A stretch of 64,000 nt of DNA, from contig JAYPVV010000002.1 of NCBI GenBank assembly GCA_038134805.1, forward strand, positions 24,648 through 88,647, read 5' to 3'. The position numbers and the translations under genes were made by a program. Below the pieces are notes generated by a model. That model had not been told where the DNA came from. It did not search any database and saw nothing but the letters and a program-made list of their open reading frames with translations. Positions 51,066 to 60,584 of this stretch are shown here, in pieces (the first letter of the stretch is position 1; each line of letters begins with the position of its first letter). The DNA is from Marinoscillum sp. Its GTDB lineage: Bacteria > Bacteroidota > Bacteroidia > Cytophagales > MED-G16.

Positions 51066-53471
51066 TTATTTTCTTATTTCAGCTTGAAGTTCTTTTTCAA
51101 ATTTTATAATTAAGTTTTCCATTGTATTATTAATTACTTTATCTTCTAATGTTTTATTTTCATCTTGTAGCATAAATCTTAATGCATAAGCAACTTTATT
51201 TTTGCCTATTTGTTCTCCTTCATATATATTATACAATGAATAATTTTTAATTATATTTCTTTTATTATTTTCAATAATTGATGAAATGCTAGAAAATTTC
51301 TGTGATTTTGATAAAATAATTGATAAATCTCTTTTTACCTCAGGAAATTTAGGAATTTTCATGAAATTAAAATCATTTTTTAAGCATGATATAATATTAT
51401 CCCAAAACAGCTCAGCGTAAAAAACTTTTTGATTAATATCATATTTTTTAAGCAGAGTAGTTTCTACCTCTCCAAGCTCACATAAAGCAAATGTATCATT
51501 TTTTATTTGAATAGCATTTGAAAGCATTTTAGATTGACTTTCTTTGATTTGATATTGACCTAAATTAACGGACAATAATATTTTATTTATAATGTTATAA
51601 ATATCAAAAAAAGAAGCTTCCTTATTTTTTGAATTAAAATGCTCTTCTTTACTTAAGCCTGATAGGTAGATTCCTAGTTTTTTTATTTCTTTTAAATCTT
51701 TTTTATTCTTTCTATATTCTTTATCAAATTCAAAAAATTTAATATTATTCTGTTTTCTATTTATGTTATACTTCAAGCTTTCTAATCCGGTATATAAGAG
51801 ATGTTGTTTCAAAACAGCATGCTCATCGCTAAGCTTGTTAATCATTTCAATAGTTTCATTTTGCAACCAAGAATCAATATATGTATTTTTTGATGATGTC
51901 AGGGAATTTGTTGTTATTTCATAATATCCAGAATTTATTAGAGTTGACATAATATTATTTAGCAATGAATTTTCAAATGAGCCCTTGCTTTCATCTGATA
52001 TGAAATTGGAGTGATTAAACTCAGAAATATTTATGTTATTATACCCATAAATTCTAAGTATTTCTTCCACAATATCTGATTCTCTCGTAACATCTACTCT
52101 GTAAGGTGGTACTTCAGCTATTATTTTAGTTTTTTCTTTTCTTACTTTAATATCTAAAAGTGAAAGTATTTCATTTATTTGTTTTTCTTTAATAGATTGA
52201 CCTATTAATTTATTAATTCTCTCGTAGTTAATTTCTATTTTTCTATTACTGATTTTTTTTGGATAGATATCATAAATATCAGAAACAACTTCTCCTCCAC
52301 AATATTTATTAATTAAGATACAAGCAAATTTAAGAGCAATAATAGTGATATTTGGATCTATTCCTCTCTCAAATCTATATGAAGCATCAGTTTTCAGCGA
52401 ATGGTTTAAGCTTGATTTTCTAATATCAGATGGATTAAAATAAGCACTTTCTAAAAATATACTTTTTGTATTATCTGATACTCCGGAATATTCTCCTCCA
52501 AATACACCAGCAATACACATTGGTTTCTCAGCATCACAAATTAACAAGTCATTTTCATGTAATTTTCTCTCAATTCCATCAAGAGTAGTAAATTTTTCAC
52601 CTTTATTAGCATATCTAACATAGATTTGATTTTTAGATATTTTTTCCATATCAAAAGCGTGAAGTGGTTGACCTAAACTATGCATTACATAATTTGTAAT
52701 ATCTACAACATTATTGATGGGGTTAATTCCAATCGAAGAAATTAATTTTTTAATTTTTTCAGGAGAGTCTTTTATTGTTATGTTTTCAATAATACAACCT
52801 GAATATCTAGGACATGCTTCATGATTATTTATTATAATATTAATGCTCTTTTTATTCAAGGACTTAAAACCGATTAAATCTGGATACTTAATTTCTCTTT
52901 TTAAAACAGCTTTTATATCTCTAGCAACACCTAAATGAGAGGTTGCGTCAGCTCTATTGGGAGTTATTGAAATATCATATATAGAATCATTTAATATTTC
53001 AAAATAATTTAATGCGTTATCTCCTGCTTTTGCATTTTTAGGAAGAATAAGAATTCCTGAGTGTGAATCTCCAATTCCTATTTCGTCTTCAGCACAAATC
53101 ATTCCTTCTGAAGCAACTCCTCTTATTTTAACTCTATTGATTTTAATGATTTTATTTTCAATATTTTTTATTTTAGTCCCTATTTTAGCAACTACTACTT
53201 TTTGGCCTATTTCTATATTAGAAGCACCACATATTATAGACAGATTTTTTTCTCCTAAACTTACAGTAGTAATTTTTAACTTATCAGCATTTGGATGAGA
53301 ATCTATTGATAATATTTCTCCTACTTTTAAATCATTTAAATAATTTTTATCTATTTCTATTTTTTTTAACTCATCGACTTCTAATCCAGTTTCTGTTAAA
53401 ATGGACTCAATTTCCTCTGGAGTTTCCTTTATTTCAATAAATTTTTTTAACCAATTAAGTGATATTTTCAT
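51066..53471 (-). CDS. pheT: Phenylalanine--tRNA ligase beta subunit
   Basis: 801 aa with an N-terminal tRNA-binding domain (HPNADKL), B3/4 and B5 regions. No pheS in the window. Confidence 0.95.
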   Translation of the reverse strand: MKISLNWLKKFIEIKETPEEIESILTETGLEVDELKKIEIDKNYLNDLKVGEILSIDSHPNADKLKITTVSLGEKNLSIICGASNIEIGQKVVVAKIGTKIKNIENKIIKINRVKIRGVASEGMICAEDEIGIGDSHSGILILPKNAKAGDNALNYFEILNDSIYDISITPNRADATSHLGVARDIKAVLKREIKYPDLIGFKSLNKKSINIIINNHEACPRYSGCIIENITIKDSPEKIKKLISSIGINPINNVVDITNYVMHSLGQPLHAFDMEKISKNQIYVRYANKGEKFTTLDGIERKLHENDLLICDAEKPMCIAGVFGGEYSGVSDNTKSIFLESAYFNPSDIRKSSLNHSLKTDASYRFERGIDPNITIIALKFACILINKYCGGEVVSDIYDIYPKKISNRKIEINYERINKLIGQSIKEKQINEILSLLDIKVRKEKTKIIAEVPPYRVDVTRESDIVEEILRIYGYNNINISEFNHSNFISDESKGSFENSLLNNIMSTLINSGYYEITTNSLTSSKNTYIDSWLQNETIEMINKLSDEHAVLKQHLLYTGLESLKYNINRKQNNIKFFEFDKEYRKNKKDLKEIKKLGIYLSGLSKEEHFNSKNKEASFFDIYNIINKILLSVNLGQYQIKESQSKMLSNAIQIKNDTFALCELGEVETTLLKKYDINQKVFYAELFWDNIISCLKNDFNFMKIPKFPEVKRDLSIILSKSQKFSSISSIIENNKRNIIKNYSLYNIYEGEQIGKNKVAYALRFMLQDENKTLEDKVINNTMENLIIKFEKELQAEIRK

Positions 53472-53535
53472 TGTTTATAAAGTTAATCAATAAAATTAGA
53501 GAAAGTTGACTTTTTGAATTTAGAGATTCTAATAA

Positions 53536-54132
53536 TTATTTTGTTAATTTTTCTCCAGCTAAAATTTCCATTTCAATATAATTTCTTTTTGTTGGGATAG
53601 GGCAGCTATAGCTCTCATTGTAAACACAATAAGGATTATAGGATTTATTAAAATCTAATTCTATCCTTTTAGCATTTTCAAAATTTATATCAATGTATCT
53701 GCCACCTGGATATGTTGAGAAAGAATTTGTTTTATCAAGAAAACAAAATAATAAATCTCCCTTATTTTCACCTTCAACATACTTATATACAGGAATTGAA
53801 AATTTTGAATTTCCTAACTTAAAATTTAAATCAGCAAAATTTAAAAATTTTTCAAAGGTTCCAGTAGAAGTGGCTAGAGTTACTGTGTCTGGAACTTCTA
53901 TTTGAGAAACAGACGCTATTACTTTATAGTTTATATTAGGTTCATAATACGAAAGTGTATAATCAGAATTTTTGAGAGGAGATAAACTTGAGTTTAATAA
54001 AAATTTATTCTTTTCTGATCTATACTCTTCTAATAATTCAGAGTATTTATCATATTCTTTACTTGAATTATAAAGATAATATCCAATTGAAAGTATAATA
54101 GAAGAAAAGACAAGTGGAAAAACTCCCCTCAT
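53536..54132 (-). CDS. DUF1684 domain protein
   Basis: 198 aa with an N-terminal TM/signal and the C-terminal motif NPYCVYNESYSCPIP..N. Confidence 0.7.
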   Translation of the reverse strand: MRGVFPLVFSSIILSIGYYLYNSSKEYDKYSELLEEYRSEKNKFLLNSSLSPLKNSDYTLSYYEPNINYKVIASVSQIEVPDTVTLATSTGTFEKFLNFADLNFKLGNSKFSIPVYKYVEGENKGDLLFCFLDKTNSFSTYPGGRYIDINFENAKRIELDFNKSYNPYCVYNESYSCPIPTKRNYIEMEILAGEKLTK

Positions 54133-54142
54133 AGAATAAATT

Positions 54143-54397
54143 CTATTTTAAAGAATTTACTTTTTTAGTCAATTTAGACTTAAGATGTGAAGCTTTATTT
54201 TTATGAATTATATTATTTTTAGATAATTTATCAATCATAGAAACAGCAACTGGAAGTTTTTTAGAAGCTTCAGTTTTTTTTGTTTCTAGCTCTAATTTTT
54301 TAATAAATGTTCTAGTAGATTTATGCTGATATTTATTTCTCAGTTTCTTAGTCTCACTAGATCTGATTCTTTTAATTGCTGATTTATGATTTGCCAT
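54143..54397 (-). CDS. rpsT: 30S ribosomal protein S20 (bS20)
   Basis: MANHKSAIKRIRSSETKKLRN. Confidence 0.93.
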   Translation of the reverse strand: MANHKSAIKRIRSSETKKLRNKYQHKSTRTFIKKLELETKKTEASKKLPVAVSMIDKLSKNNIIHKNKASHLKSKLTKKVNSLK

Positions 54398-54414
54398 AAT
54401 TTTTAATTCGAATG

Positions 54415-54422
54415 CAAAAATA
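54415..54422 (-). promoter_or_regulatory. Candidate -7 box (TATTTTTG on the minus strand) for rpsT
   Basis: Exact TAnnTTTG, 17 nt upstream of the rpsT ATG. Confidence 0.3.
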
Positions 54423-54630
54423 TATTTTTTTTGATATTCTTACGTAATCTGCTTCATTTTTTATTTCGGAAATCAATATTTATTTAGAGATTAGAATAAT
54501 TATTTTTTTAAAAAATTTTAATCTTTTGGTTTAATAAAAATCATTAATAAAGTAATTAAAAAAAAACTCATTTTTATTTCTTTTTTTAATAATAAAAGTA
54601 TTCTTTTTGCGATAAATTAAATCTATTAAA

Positions 54631-54852
54631 ATGTATTGGACATTAGAACTTGTTAATTATTTAGAAGATGCCCCATGGCCTGCTACTAAAGATGAGTTAA
54701 TAGAATTTTCTATTAGAACGGGTGCTCCTGCAGAAGTAACCGAAAACTTACAAGAGTTAGAGGATGATGGTGCACCTTATGAGAGCATAGAAGAGATCTG
54801 GCCGGATTACCCGACTAAAGATGATTTCTTTTTTAACGAAGATGAATATTAG
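54631..54852 (+). CDS. DUF2795 domain protein (small, acidic)
   Basis: 73 aa with WPATKDELIEFSIRTGAPAEVTENLQEL. Confidence 0.65.
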   Translation: MYWTLELVNYLEDAPWPATKDELIEFSIRTGAPAEVTENLQELEDDGAPYESIEEIWPDYPTKDDFFFNEDEY

Positions 54853-54853
54853 A

Positions 54854-55501
54854 TTATTTAAAATAATTTAAATCTTCCTCTGTAGTTATTTTGATATTAC
54901 CTCGTTTATTTTCAACGAGGTTTATTTTTATTCCTATTTTTTCAATAAGACTTGCTTCATCAGTGTATTTGTCGTCTGAAAATTTATTTAATGACTTAAT
55001 AATATCACCCACCCTAAAAATTTGAGGAGTCTCAATTTGTACAAATAAAGTTCTATCAACTGAAAAATTCTTATTTCCTTTTAGCTGCCTTAATGAATTT
55101 ACAGTTTTGGTAAATGGAACGGCGTTCCCATTTTCCTCTGCTTCTTTAAAAAGTTTAAGAATAAATTCATTTGAGATAAAAGGTCTAACTCCGTCATGAA
55201 TTGCTACTAGTCCATCTGTATGTTTTAGATTTTCAAGTCCTTTTCTAACTGAAATATTTCTTTTATCTCCTCCTTTTACTAATTGAGTATTTCTGTCAAC
55301 ATGAGGAATAATTAAATTTTTCCATTTATCGAAATTATTACTTGGTAATACAATAATTATATTGAGATCTTTAATTTCACTAAATTTATTATACGTATGA
55401 ATAATAATTGGTAAATTATTAACTTCTTTAAATTGTTTTGGGATATCAGAATTCATCCTCTCTCCAGCACCAGCTCCCATCAAGATAACTGTCTTGAGCA
55501 T
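54854..55501 (-). CDS. ispD: 2-C-methyl-D-erythritol 4-phosphate cytidylyltransferase
   Basis: 215 aa with ILMGAGAGERM at the N-terminus and VAIHDGVRPF. Confidence 0.88.
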   Translation of the reverse strand: MLKTVILMGAGAGERMNSDIPKQFKEVNNLPIIIHTYNKFSEIKDLNIIIVLPSNNFDKWKNLIIPHVDRNTQLVKGGDKRNISVRKGLENLKHTDGLVAIHDGVRPFISNEFILKLFKEAEENGNAVPFTKTVNSLRQLKGNKNFSVDRTLFVQIETPQIFRVGDIIKSLNKFSDDKYTDEASLIEKIGIKINLVENKRGNIKITTEEDLNYFK

Positions 55502-55503
55502 TA

Positions 55504-56550
55504 TTAAATAATTAAAAGAGCATCTCCGTATGTATGAAACATATAGTTTTCTTTAATGGCAACTTTATAAGCATTCATAATTTCATCGAATCCACCAAAA
55601 GCAGTTGCCATCATTAATAATGTAGATTTAGGAGAATGAAAATTAGTTATCATTCCTCCACAGATTTTAAAATCATAAGGAGGGAAAATAAATTTATCAG
55701 TCCATCCTGATTTAGCCTTTAGCCTATTATTAGCTGTAACAGCTGTCTCTAAAGTTTTCATGCTTGAAGTGCCTACGGCAAAGACTCTTTTATTATTATC
55801 TAATGCCTTATTAACAGCATTTGCAGCTTCTTCAGAAATTTCATAGTTTTCTGAATCCATTGAATGTTTAGTTAGGTCCTCAACATCTATATCTTTAAAT
55901 GTTCCTAATCCTGTATGTGACGTTATATTAACAATATTAACACCTTTAAGTTCTAATTTCTTTAGTAGAATTTCAGTAAAATGAAGTCCAGCTGCTGGCG
56001 CTGCTACTGCACCAATATTTTTAGCATATACAGTTTGAAATCTTTCTTCATCATTTTTATCTACTTTCCTCTTAATTTCTTTTGGGAGGGGCGTTTCACC
56101 ATATTCATGGATAATTTCGAAAAAGTCTTTCTCTTTATCTTCAGGGATAAACCTAATAGTTCTACCTCTTGAAGTTGTATTGTCAATAACTTCAGCAACT
56201 AACTCGCCATCACCAAAATATAATTTATTTCCAACTCTAATTTTTCTAGCTGGATCTACTAGAACATCCCAAAGATTTAAATCGGCATTTAATTCTCTTA
56301 ATAAAAACACCTCAATTTTAGCTCCAGTTTTTTCTTTTTGTCCGTAAAGTCTAGCAGGAAACACTTTAGTGTCATTAAGAACTAATACATCATCTTCTTC
56401 AAAGTAATTTATGATATCTTTAAATTGCTTATGCTCAATTTTTCCAGAATTTTTGTGAACAACCATTAGCTTAGATTCATCTCTATTCTCAGCAGGATGA
56501 AGAGCAGTTCTGGTGGATGCTAACTTAAAATCAAATTCAGAAAGTTTCAT
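55504..56550 (-). CDS. queA: S-adenosylmethionine:tRNA ribosyltransferase-isomerase
   Basis: [23 protein letters not shown] and HTYGDA. Confidence 0.94.
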   Translation of the reverse strand: MKLSEFDFKLASTRTALHPAENRDESKLMVVHKNSGKIEHKQFKDIINYFEEDDVLVLNDTKVFPARLYGQKEKTGAKIEVFLLRELNADLNLWDVLVDPARKIRVGNKLYFGDGELVAEVIDNTTSRGRTIRFIPEDKEKDFFEIIHEYGETPLPKEIKRKVDKNDEERFQTVYAKNIGAVAAPAAGLHFTEILLKKLELKGVNIVNITSHTGLGTFKDIDVEDLTKHSMDSENYEISEEAANAVNKALDNNKRVFAVGTSSMKTLETAVTANNRLKAKSGWTDKFIFPPYDFKICGGMITNFHSPKSTLLMMATAFGGFDEIMNAYKVAIKENYMFHTYGDALLII

Positions 56551-56571
56551 ATTTTTTCTTTAAAATTACCG

Positions 56572-56594
56572 TAGTTTTGAAGATTGCAAAACTA
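56572..56594. promoter_or_regulatory. Palindrome carrying a -7 box on each strand (TAGTTTTG / TAGTTTTG)
   Basis: tagttttg (56572-56579) and caaaacta (56587-56594) are exact reverse complements. Each strand reads TAnnTTTG, in the queA/permease divergent spacer. Confidence 0.35.
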
Positions 56595-56622
56595 ATTAAT
56601 AAGTTTAACATACTTTTAATAT

Positions 56623-57882
56623 ATGAAATTATTTTTAAGGCTTTTAAAAGAAAGTTTTTTATTTTCTTTCAGTGCTTTAGTTGCTAATCCAGTTAGAACC
56701 ATTCTATCTCTTTTAGGTGTTACCATAGGAATTTTCACCATAATAGCCGTCCTATCTACTGTAGATTCTTTAGAGAGAAGTATTAAAGATAATTTGAAAT
56801 TTTTAGGTACAGATAATTTAAGAGTTGAGAAGTGGCCATGGGATTTTAATAATCCTGGGTATGAATGGTGGAAGTTTTTTAAGAGGCCAGAACCAACATA
56901 TCGTGAGTATGAGTTTTTAAAAGAAAATCTAGTTCATGCAGAGGCTGTTGAAATTATAACAGCGAGGAATAACTTAAATGTAAAATATCTTAATAATAGT
57001 TCTACAGTTGATAATTTATCCGGTGTAGTTTTTGAAAATAGATTTTTTAATGACTGGGAGTTTATTTCTGGAAGATTTTTTACTCTTAATGAAACCCTTA
57101 CTGGGTCTAATGCTGCTATTATTGGCTATAAAATTATGCAGGATTTATTTAAGGATCCAGAATATGCTATTGGGAAAGAGTTAAAAATTAAAGGTAGATC
57201 ATACACTATTATTGGTGTCGCTAAAGAGCAGGGGGAGTCGTTTGGAGCAGGAGATTCCTTTGATAGACAAATGTATATTCCTTTTAATAGTTTTAAAAAA
57301 ATTTATAAAGTAGGACAAAAAGGTTCAAATGCTGTGCTTAGAGTAAAGGGAAATGGTGATTCTGATCCAGGTCTAATTAATTTAGAGTATGAGCTTAAAG
57401 GATTGCTTAGAGCAAAAAGAGGAATTAAGCCTATAGAGGAAGATACTTTTGCTATAAATAGACCTGAATATTTAGCCTCCTTTGTTACAATAATATTTAG
57501 TACAATAAGTATTGCTGGATGGGTAATTGGTAGTTTTTCAATTCTTGTAGGTGGATTCGGAATTGCTAATATTATGTTTGTCTCTGTAAAAGAGAGAGTC
57601 CCTATAATAGGTTTACAAAAATCTCTGGGTGCAAAAAAGTATTTTATATTAACTCAGTTTTTATTTGAATCGTCTTTCTTAAGCATTTTTGGTGGTCTCT
57701 TTGGCATATTCTTCGTTTTTTTATTGACATTACCAGATCTTGGATCATTTGATCTGGTTATATCTTTGAATAATGTTATACTAGGTGTATCAATTTCATC
57801 CATAATAGGAATTCTTGCTGGTTTTTTTCCTGCTTTATTTGCCTCTAATTTAGATCCAGTTGAAGCTATTCGTTCTAATTAG
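56623..57882 (+). CDS. ABC transporter permease, MacB/FtsX family
   Basis: 419 aa: N-terminal TM helix, large periplasmic domain, and C-terminal FtsX 3-TM bundle ([28 protein letters not shown]). Confidence 0.85.
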   Translation: MKLFLRLLKESFLFSFSALVANPVRTILSLLGVTIGIFTIIAVLSTVDSLERSIKDNLKFLGTDNLRVEKWPWDFNNPGYEWWKFFKRPEPTYREYEFLKENLVHAEAVEIITARNNLNVKYLNNSSTVDNLSGVVFENRFFNDWEFISGRFFTLNETLTGSNAAIIGYKIMQDLFKDPEYAIGKELKIKGRSYTIIGVAKEQGESFGAGDSFDRQMYIPFNSFKKIYKVGQKGSNAVLRVKGNGDSDPGLINLEYELKGLLRAKRGIKPIEEDTFAINRPEYLASFVTIIFSTISIAGWVIGSFSILVGGFGIANIMFVSVKERVPIIGLQKSLGAKKYFILTQFLFESSFLSIFGGLFGIFFVFLLTLPDLGSFDLVISLNNVILGVSISSIIGILAGFFPALFASNLDPVEAIRSN

Positions 57883-58870
57883 ATAATTTCTCTTTAATTA
57901 ATTCTTCAAGTTGATTCATAAGCTCAGGATTATCCTCGAGAATGTTTTTAACTGCATCTCTTCCTTGGCCTAGTTTCTCTCCATTATAAGAGAACCAAGA
58001 TCCTGATTTCTGAATTATTTCAAGCTCTACTCCTAAATCTAAAACCTCCCCTGATTTTGAAATACCCTTACCGTACATAATATCAAATTCAACAACCTTA
58101 AATGGAGGTGCTACTTTATTTTTAACAACTTTAACTTTTGTTCTATTTCCTAAAATATTATCAGGGGTATCTTTAATTTGTCCAACTCTTCGGATATCAA
58201 GTCTTACAGAAGAATAAAACTTAAGAGCATTCCCGCCTGTAGTTGTTTCTGGGTTACCAAACATAACTCCAATTTTTTGTCTAAGCTGATTTATAAATAT
58301 ACATACGCAACCTGATTTATGAATAGCACCAGTTAGTTTTCTAAGTGCCTGTGACATTAATCTCGCTTGAAGACCCATATTGCTATCTCCCATTTCTCCC
58401 TCAATTTCTCCTCTTGGTACTAGTGCTGCAACTGAGTCTATGACTATTATATCTATTGCATTAGATCTTATTAATTGTTCACTTATCTCTAATGCTTGCT
58501 CACCATTGTCTGGTTGAGAAATAAGAAGATTTTCAGTGTCTATCCCTAGTTTTTCAGCATAGCTTTTATCAAACGCATGTTCTGCGTCTATAAAGGCAGC
58601 AACCCCTCCTTTTTTCTGTGCCTCTGCTATACAATGCATTGAAAGTGTAGTTTTTCCTGAAGACTCAGGCCCAAAGATTTCTATCACTCTCCCTTTTGGC
58701 AAACCACCTATCCCTAAGGCAATGTCTAGACTAAGAGATCCAGTTGGTATACTAGGTATTTTAACAATATTTTCATCGCTCAATTTCATTATGGTTCCTT
58801 GACCATAAGTTTTTTCAAGTTTTTCTATTGCTAAACTTAGAGCCTTTGATTTTTCAGTTGATTCTTTCAT
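57875..58870 (-). CDS. recA: Recombinase A
   Basis: GPESSGKTT (Walker A), FIDAEHA and [22 protein letters not shown]. Confidence 0.97.
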   Translation of the reverse strand: MKESTEKSKALSLAIEKLEKTYGQGTIMKLSDENIVKIPSIPTGSLSLDIALGIGGLPKGRVIEIFGPESSGKTTLSMHCIAEAQKKGGVAAFIDAEHAFDKSYAEKLGIDTENLLISQPDNGEQALEISEQLIRSNAIDIIVIDSVAALVPRGEIEGEMGDSNMGLQARLMSQALRKLTGAIHKSGCVCIFINQLRQKIGVMFGNPETTTGGNALKFYSSVRLDIRRVGQIKDTPDNILGNRTKVKVVKNKVAPPFKVVEFDIMYGKGISKSGEVLDLGVELEIIQKSGSWFSYNGEKLGQGRDAVKNILEDNPELMNQLEELIKEKLSN

Positions 58871-59018
58871 TATTTTAATTTTTGCTAAAATAAATAGTAA
58901 TAAAATTAAATACTAATATTTTTAGTATTATTTAATAAAAATTAACTTAAAGATCTTCAAATATACTCAGTATCATATTCTTATTTTAATATTTTTGCTT
59001 GATAAGAGGACATTTTAA

Positions 59019-59816
59019 TTGAGAAAAATAATTTTTACTTTTTATTTATTACTGGTCACAAATAATATTCTCTCTCAAGAATATAGTCTTATTAAAGGTG
59101 AAAAAATTGATTTTTTAGTGACTTTTGGAATTTTTAATGCTGGTGAGGCTTCTATGATTACTGATTCTGTATTATCAAGAATTGGTAACGATGAGACCCT
59201 TAATATAAATGTTACTGGAAAATCAATTGGAATTTTTGATTTTTTTACAACGGTTAGGGATAGCTGGGGAGTTTATATCACAGAATCAGATCTTCAACCT
59301 AAAAAGTTTAATAAATATTTATTAGAAGGAAATTATAAAAAAAATGAAATTTTAAATTTTTTAGATAATTCAGACAGTGTACAAATAGAAGTTTTAGATA
59401 AGAATACTAAAGAATTTATTGAGTTTAGATATCTTCATTTTGAAGATGATATTAAAAAAATCATTCGATCTTATTTCATGAATTATTGGATAGCTGGACT
59501 AGCTTATTTAAGATCTTTAGATTATACAGAAATATCAATAAATGATCAAATTAATATCCCTTATTTTGAAGCTAATAATAGTTTTAGCTTTTACATGAAA
59601 TTTTTAGGAAGAGAAAAAATTGAATCTAAAATAGGGTCTTTTAATTCTTTAGTTTTTGCTCCAATAATTCCAAAAAATAAATTATTTGATGGGAATGATG
59701 CCGTTAAGTTTTGGCTTACAGATGATAAAAATAAAATTCCATTAAGACTTATCGCAAAAATGAATTTTGGAAGCTTTGAAGTTGAAATATCAAATTACTC
59801 CAATATTATTAAATAG
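59019..59816 (+). CDS. DUF3108 domain protein (TTG start, signal peptide)
   Basis: 265 aa with a signal peptide directly after the TTG. Family call is from memory of flavobacterial DUF3108 proteins. Confidence 0.6.
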   Translation: MRKIIFTFYLLLVTNNILSQEYSLIKGEKIDFLVTFGIFNAGEASMITDSVLSRIGNDETLNINVTGKSIGIFDFFTTVRDSWGVYITESDLQPKKFNKYLLEGNYKKNEILNFLDNSDSVQIEVLDKNTKEFIEFRYLHFEDDIKKIIRSYFMNYWIAGLAYLRSLDYTEISINDQINIPYFEANNSFSFYMKFLGREKIESKIGSFNSLVFAPIIPKNKLFDGNDAVKFWLTDDKNKIPLRLIAKMNFGSFEVEISNYSNIIK

Positions 59817-59900
59817 TTAAGATTTAATAAATTTATTTCTATTTACAACTTTTAAAACTTTCATAGTTATTTTTTGTTATTATTAATTTTATATTGCAAT

Positions 59901-60584
59901 ATGGCAAAATCTGAATTTAAAATTTTAGCAGTTGACGATGAGAAAGATATTCTTCTTCTACTCAAGTATAATTTAGAGACTGAAGGATATTACATTGAGA
60001 CAACAACTTCTCCTAAGCTAGCAATTGAAATTGCAGAAAAAATTATCCCAGATTTAATTTTAGTTGATATAATGATGCCAGAAATTGATGGTATTCAGTT
60101 TTGTAGGAAGCTTAGAGATATGGAAAAATTTGATTCAACTAGAATAATATTTTTAACAGCAAGAGCTGAAGAATACTCTGAGGTTGCAGCATTTGATGCT
60201 GGTGCTGATGACTATATTACAAAACCAATTAAGCCAAGAGCATTAGTTAGTAGAATTAACTCTTTTTATTCGAAAAAATACTCTTCTGTAAGATCTGATA
60301 ATAGTTTAATTATTGAAAATTTATTTATTAATAAGGATAGCTATTTAGTTAAAGTTGATGATGATGAAGTTTTTTTTCCAAAAAAAGAATTTGAGTTACT
60401 CTATTTTCTTGCTAGTAACCCAAATAAAGTTTTTAGTAGAGAATCTTTGCTAAGAAATATATGGGGAAGTAATATTCATGTTGTTCCAAGAACAGTAGAT
60501 GTTCATATCAGGAAGATTAGAGAAAAATTAGGAGATCAATTCATATCTACTGTAAAAGGAGTAGGATATAAATTTAAAAATTAA
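59901..60584 (+). CDS. OmpR/PhoB-type response regulator (receiver plus winged-helix)
   Basis: ILAVDDEKD ... LILVDIMMPEIDG ... DDYITKP, with C-terminal TVDVHIRKIREKL..VKGVGYKF. I prefer the ATG at 59901 to the track's TTG at 59874. Confidence 0.88.
   Translation: MAKSEFKILAVDDEKDILLLLKYNLETEGYYIETTTSPKLAIEIAEKIIPDLILVDIMMPEIDGIQFCRKLRDMEKFDSTRIIFLTARAEEYSEVAAFDAGADDYITKPIKPRALVSRINSFYSKKYSSVRSDNSLIIENLFINKDSYLVKVDDDEVFFPKKEFELLYFLASNPNKVFSRESLLRNIWGSNIHVVPRTVDVHIRKIREKLGDQFISTVKGVGYKFKN

Noticed and set aside
54398-54630. The largest intergenic region (233 nt, rpsT/DUF2795 divergent), screened for a tRNA, sRNA, riboswitch or small ORF such as MQKYIFFDILT at 54412.
   Set aside because: It is extremely AT-rich with no GC-supported helices and no tRNA-like cloverleaf. 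The 11-codon ORF has no support. It is best explained as a divergent promoter region.
58905-58936. An imperfect AT-only palindrome (aatactaa-tattt-ttagtatt, 58909-58929) 40-60 nt upstream of recA, considered as an SOS-like operator.
   Set aside because: It consists entirely of A/T pairs in a roughly 85% AT spacer, so chance palindromes are expected. It does not resemble any LexA box I know. It could be revisited if conserved in relatives.
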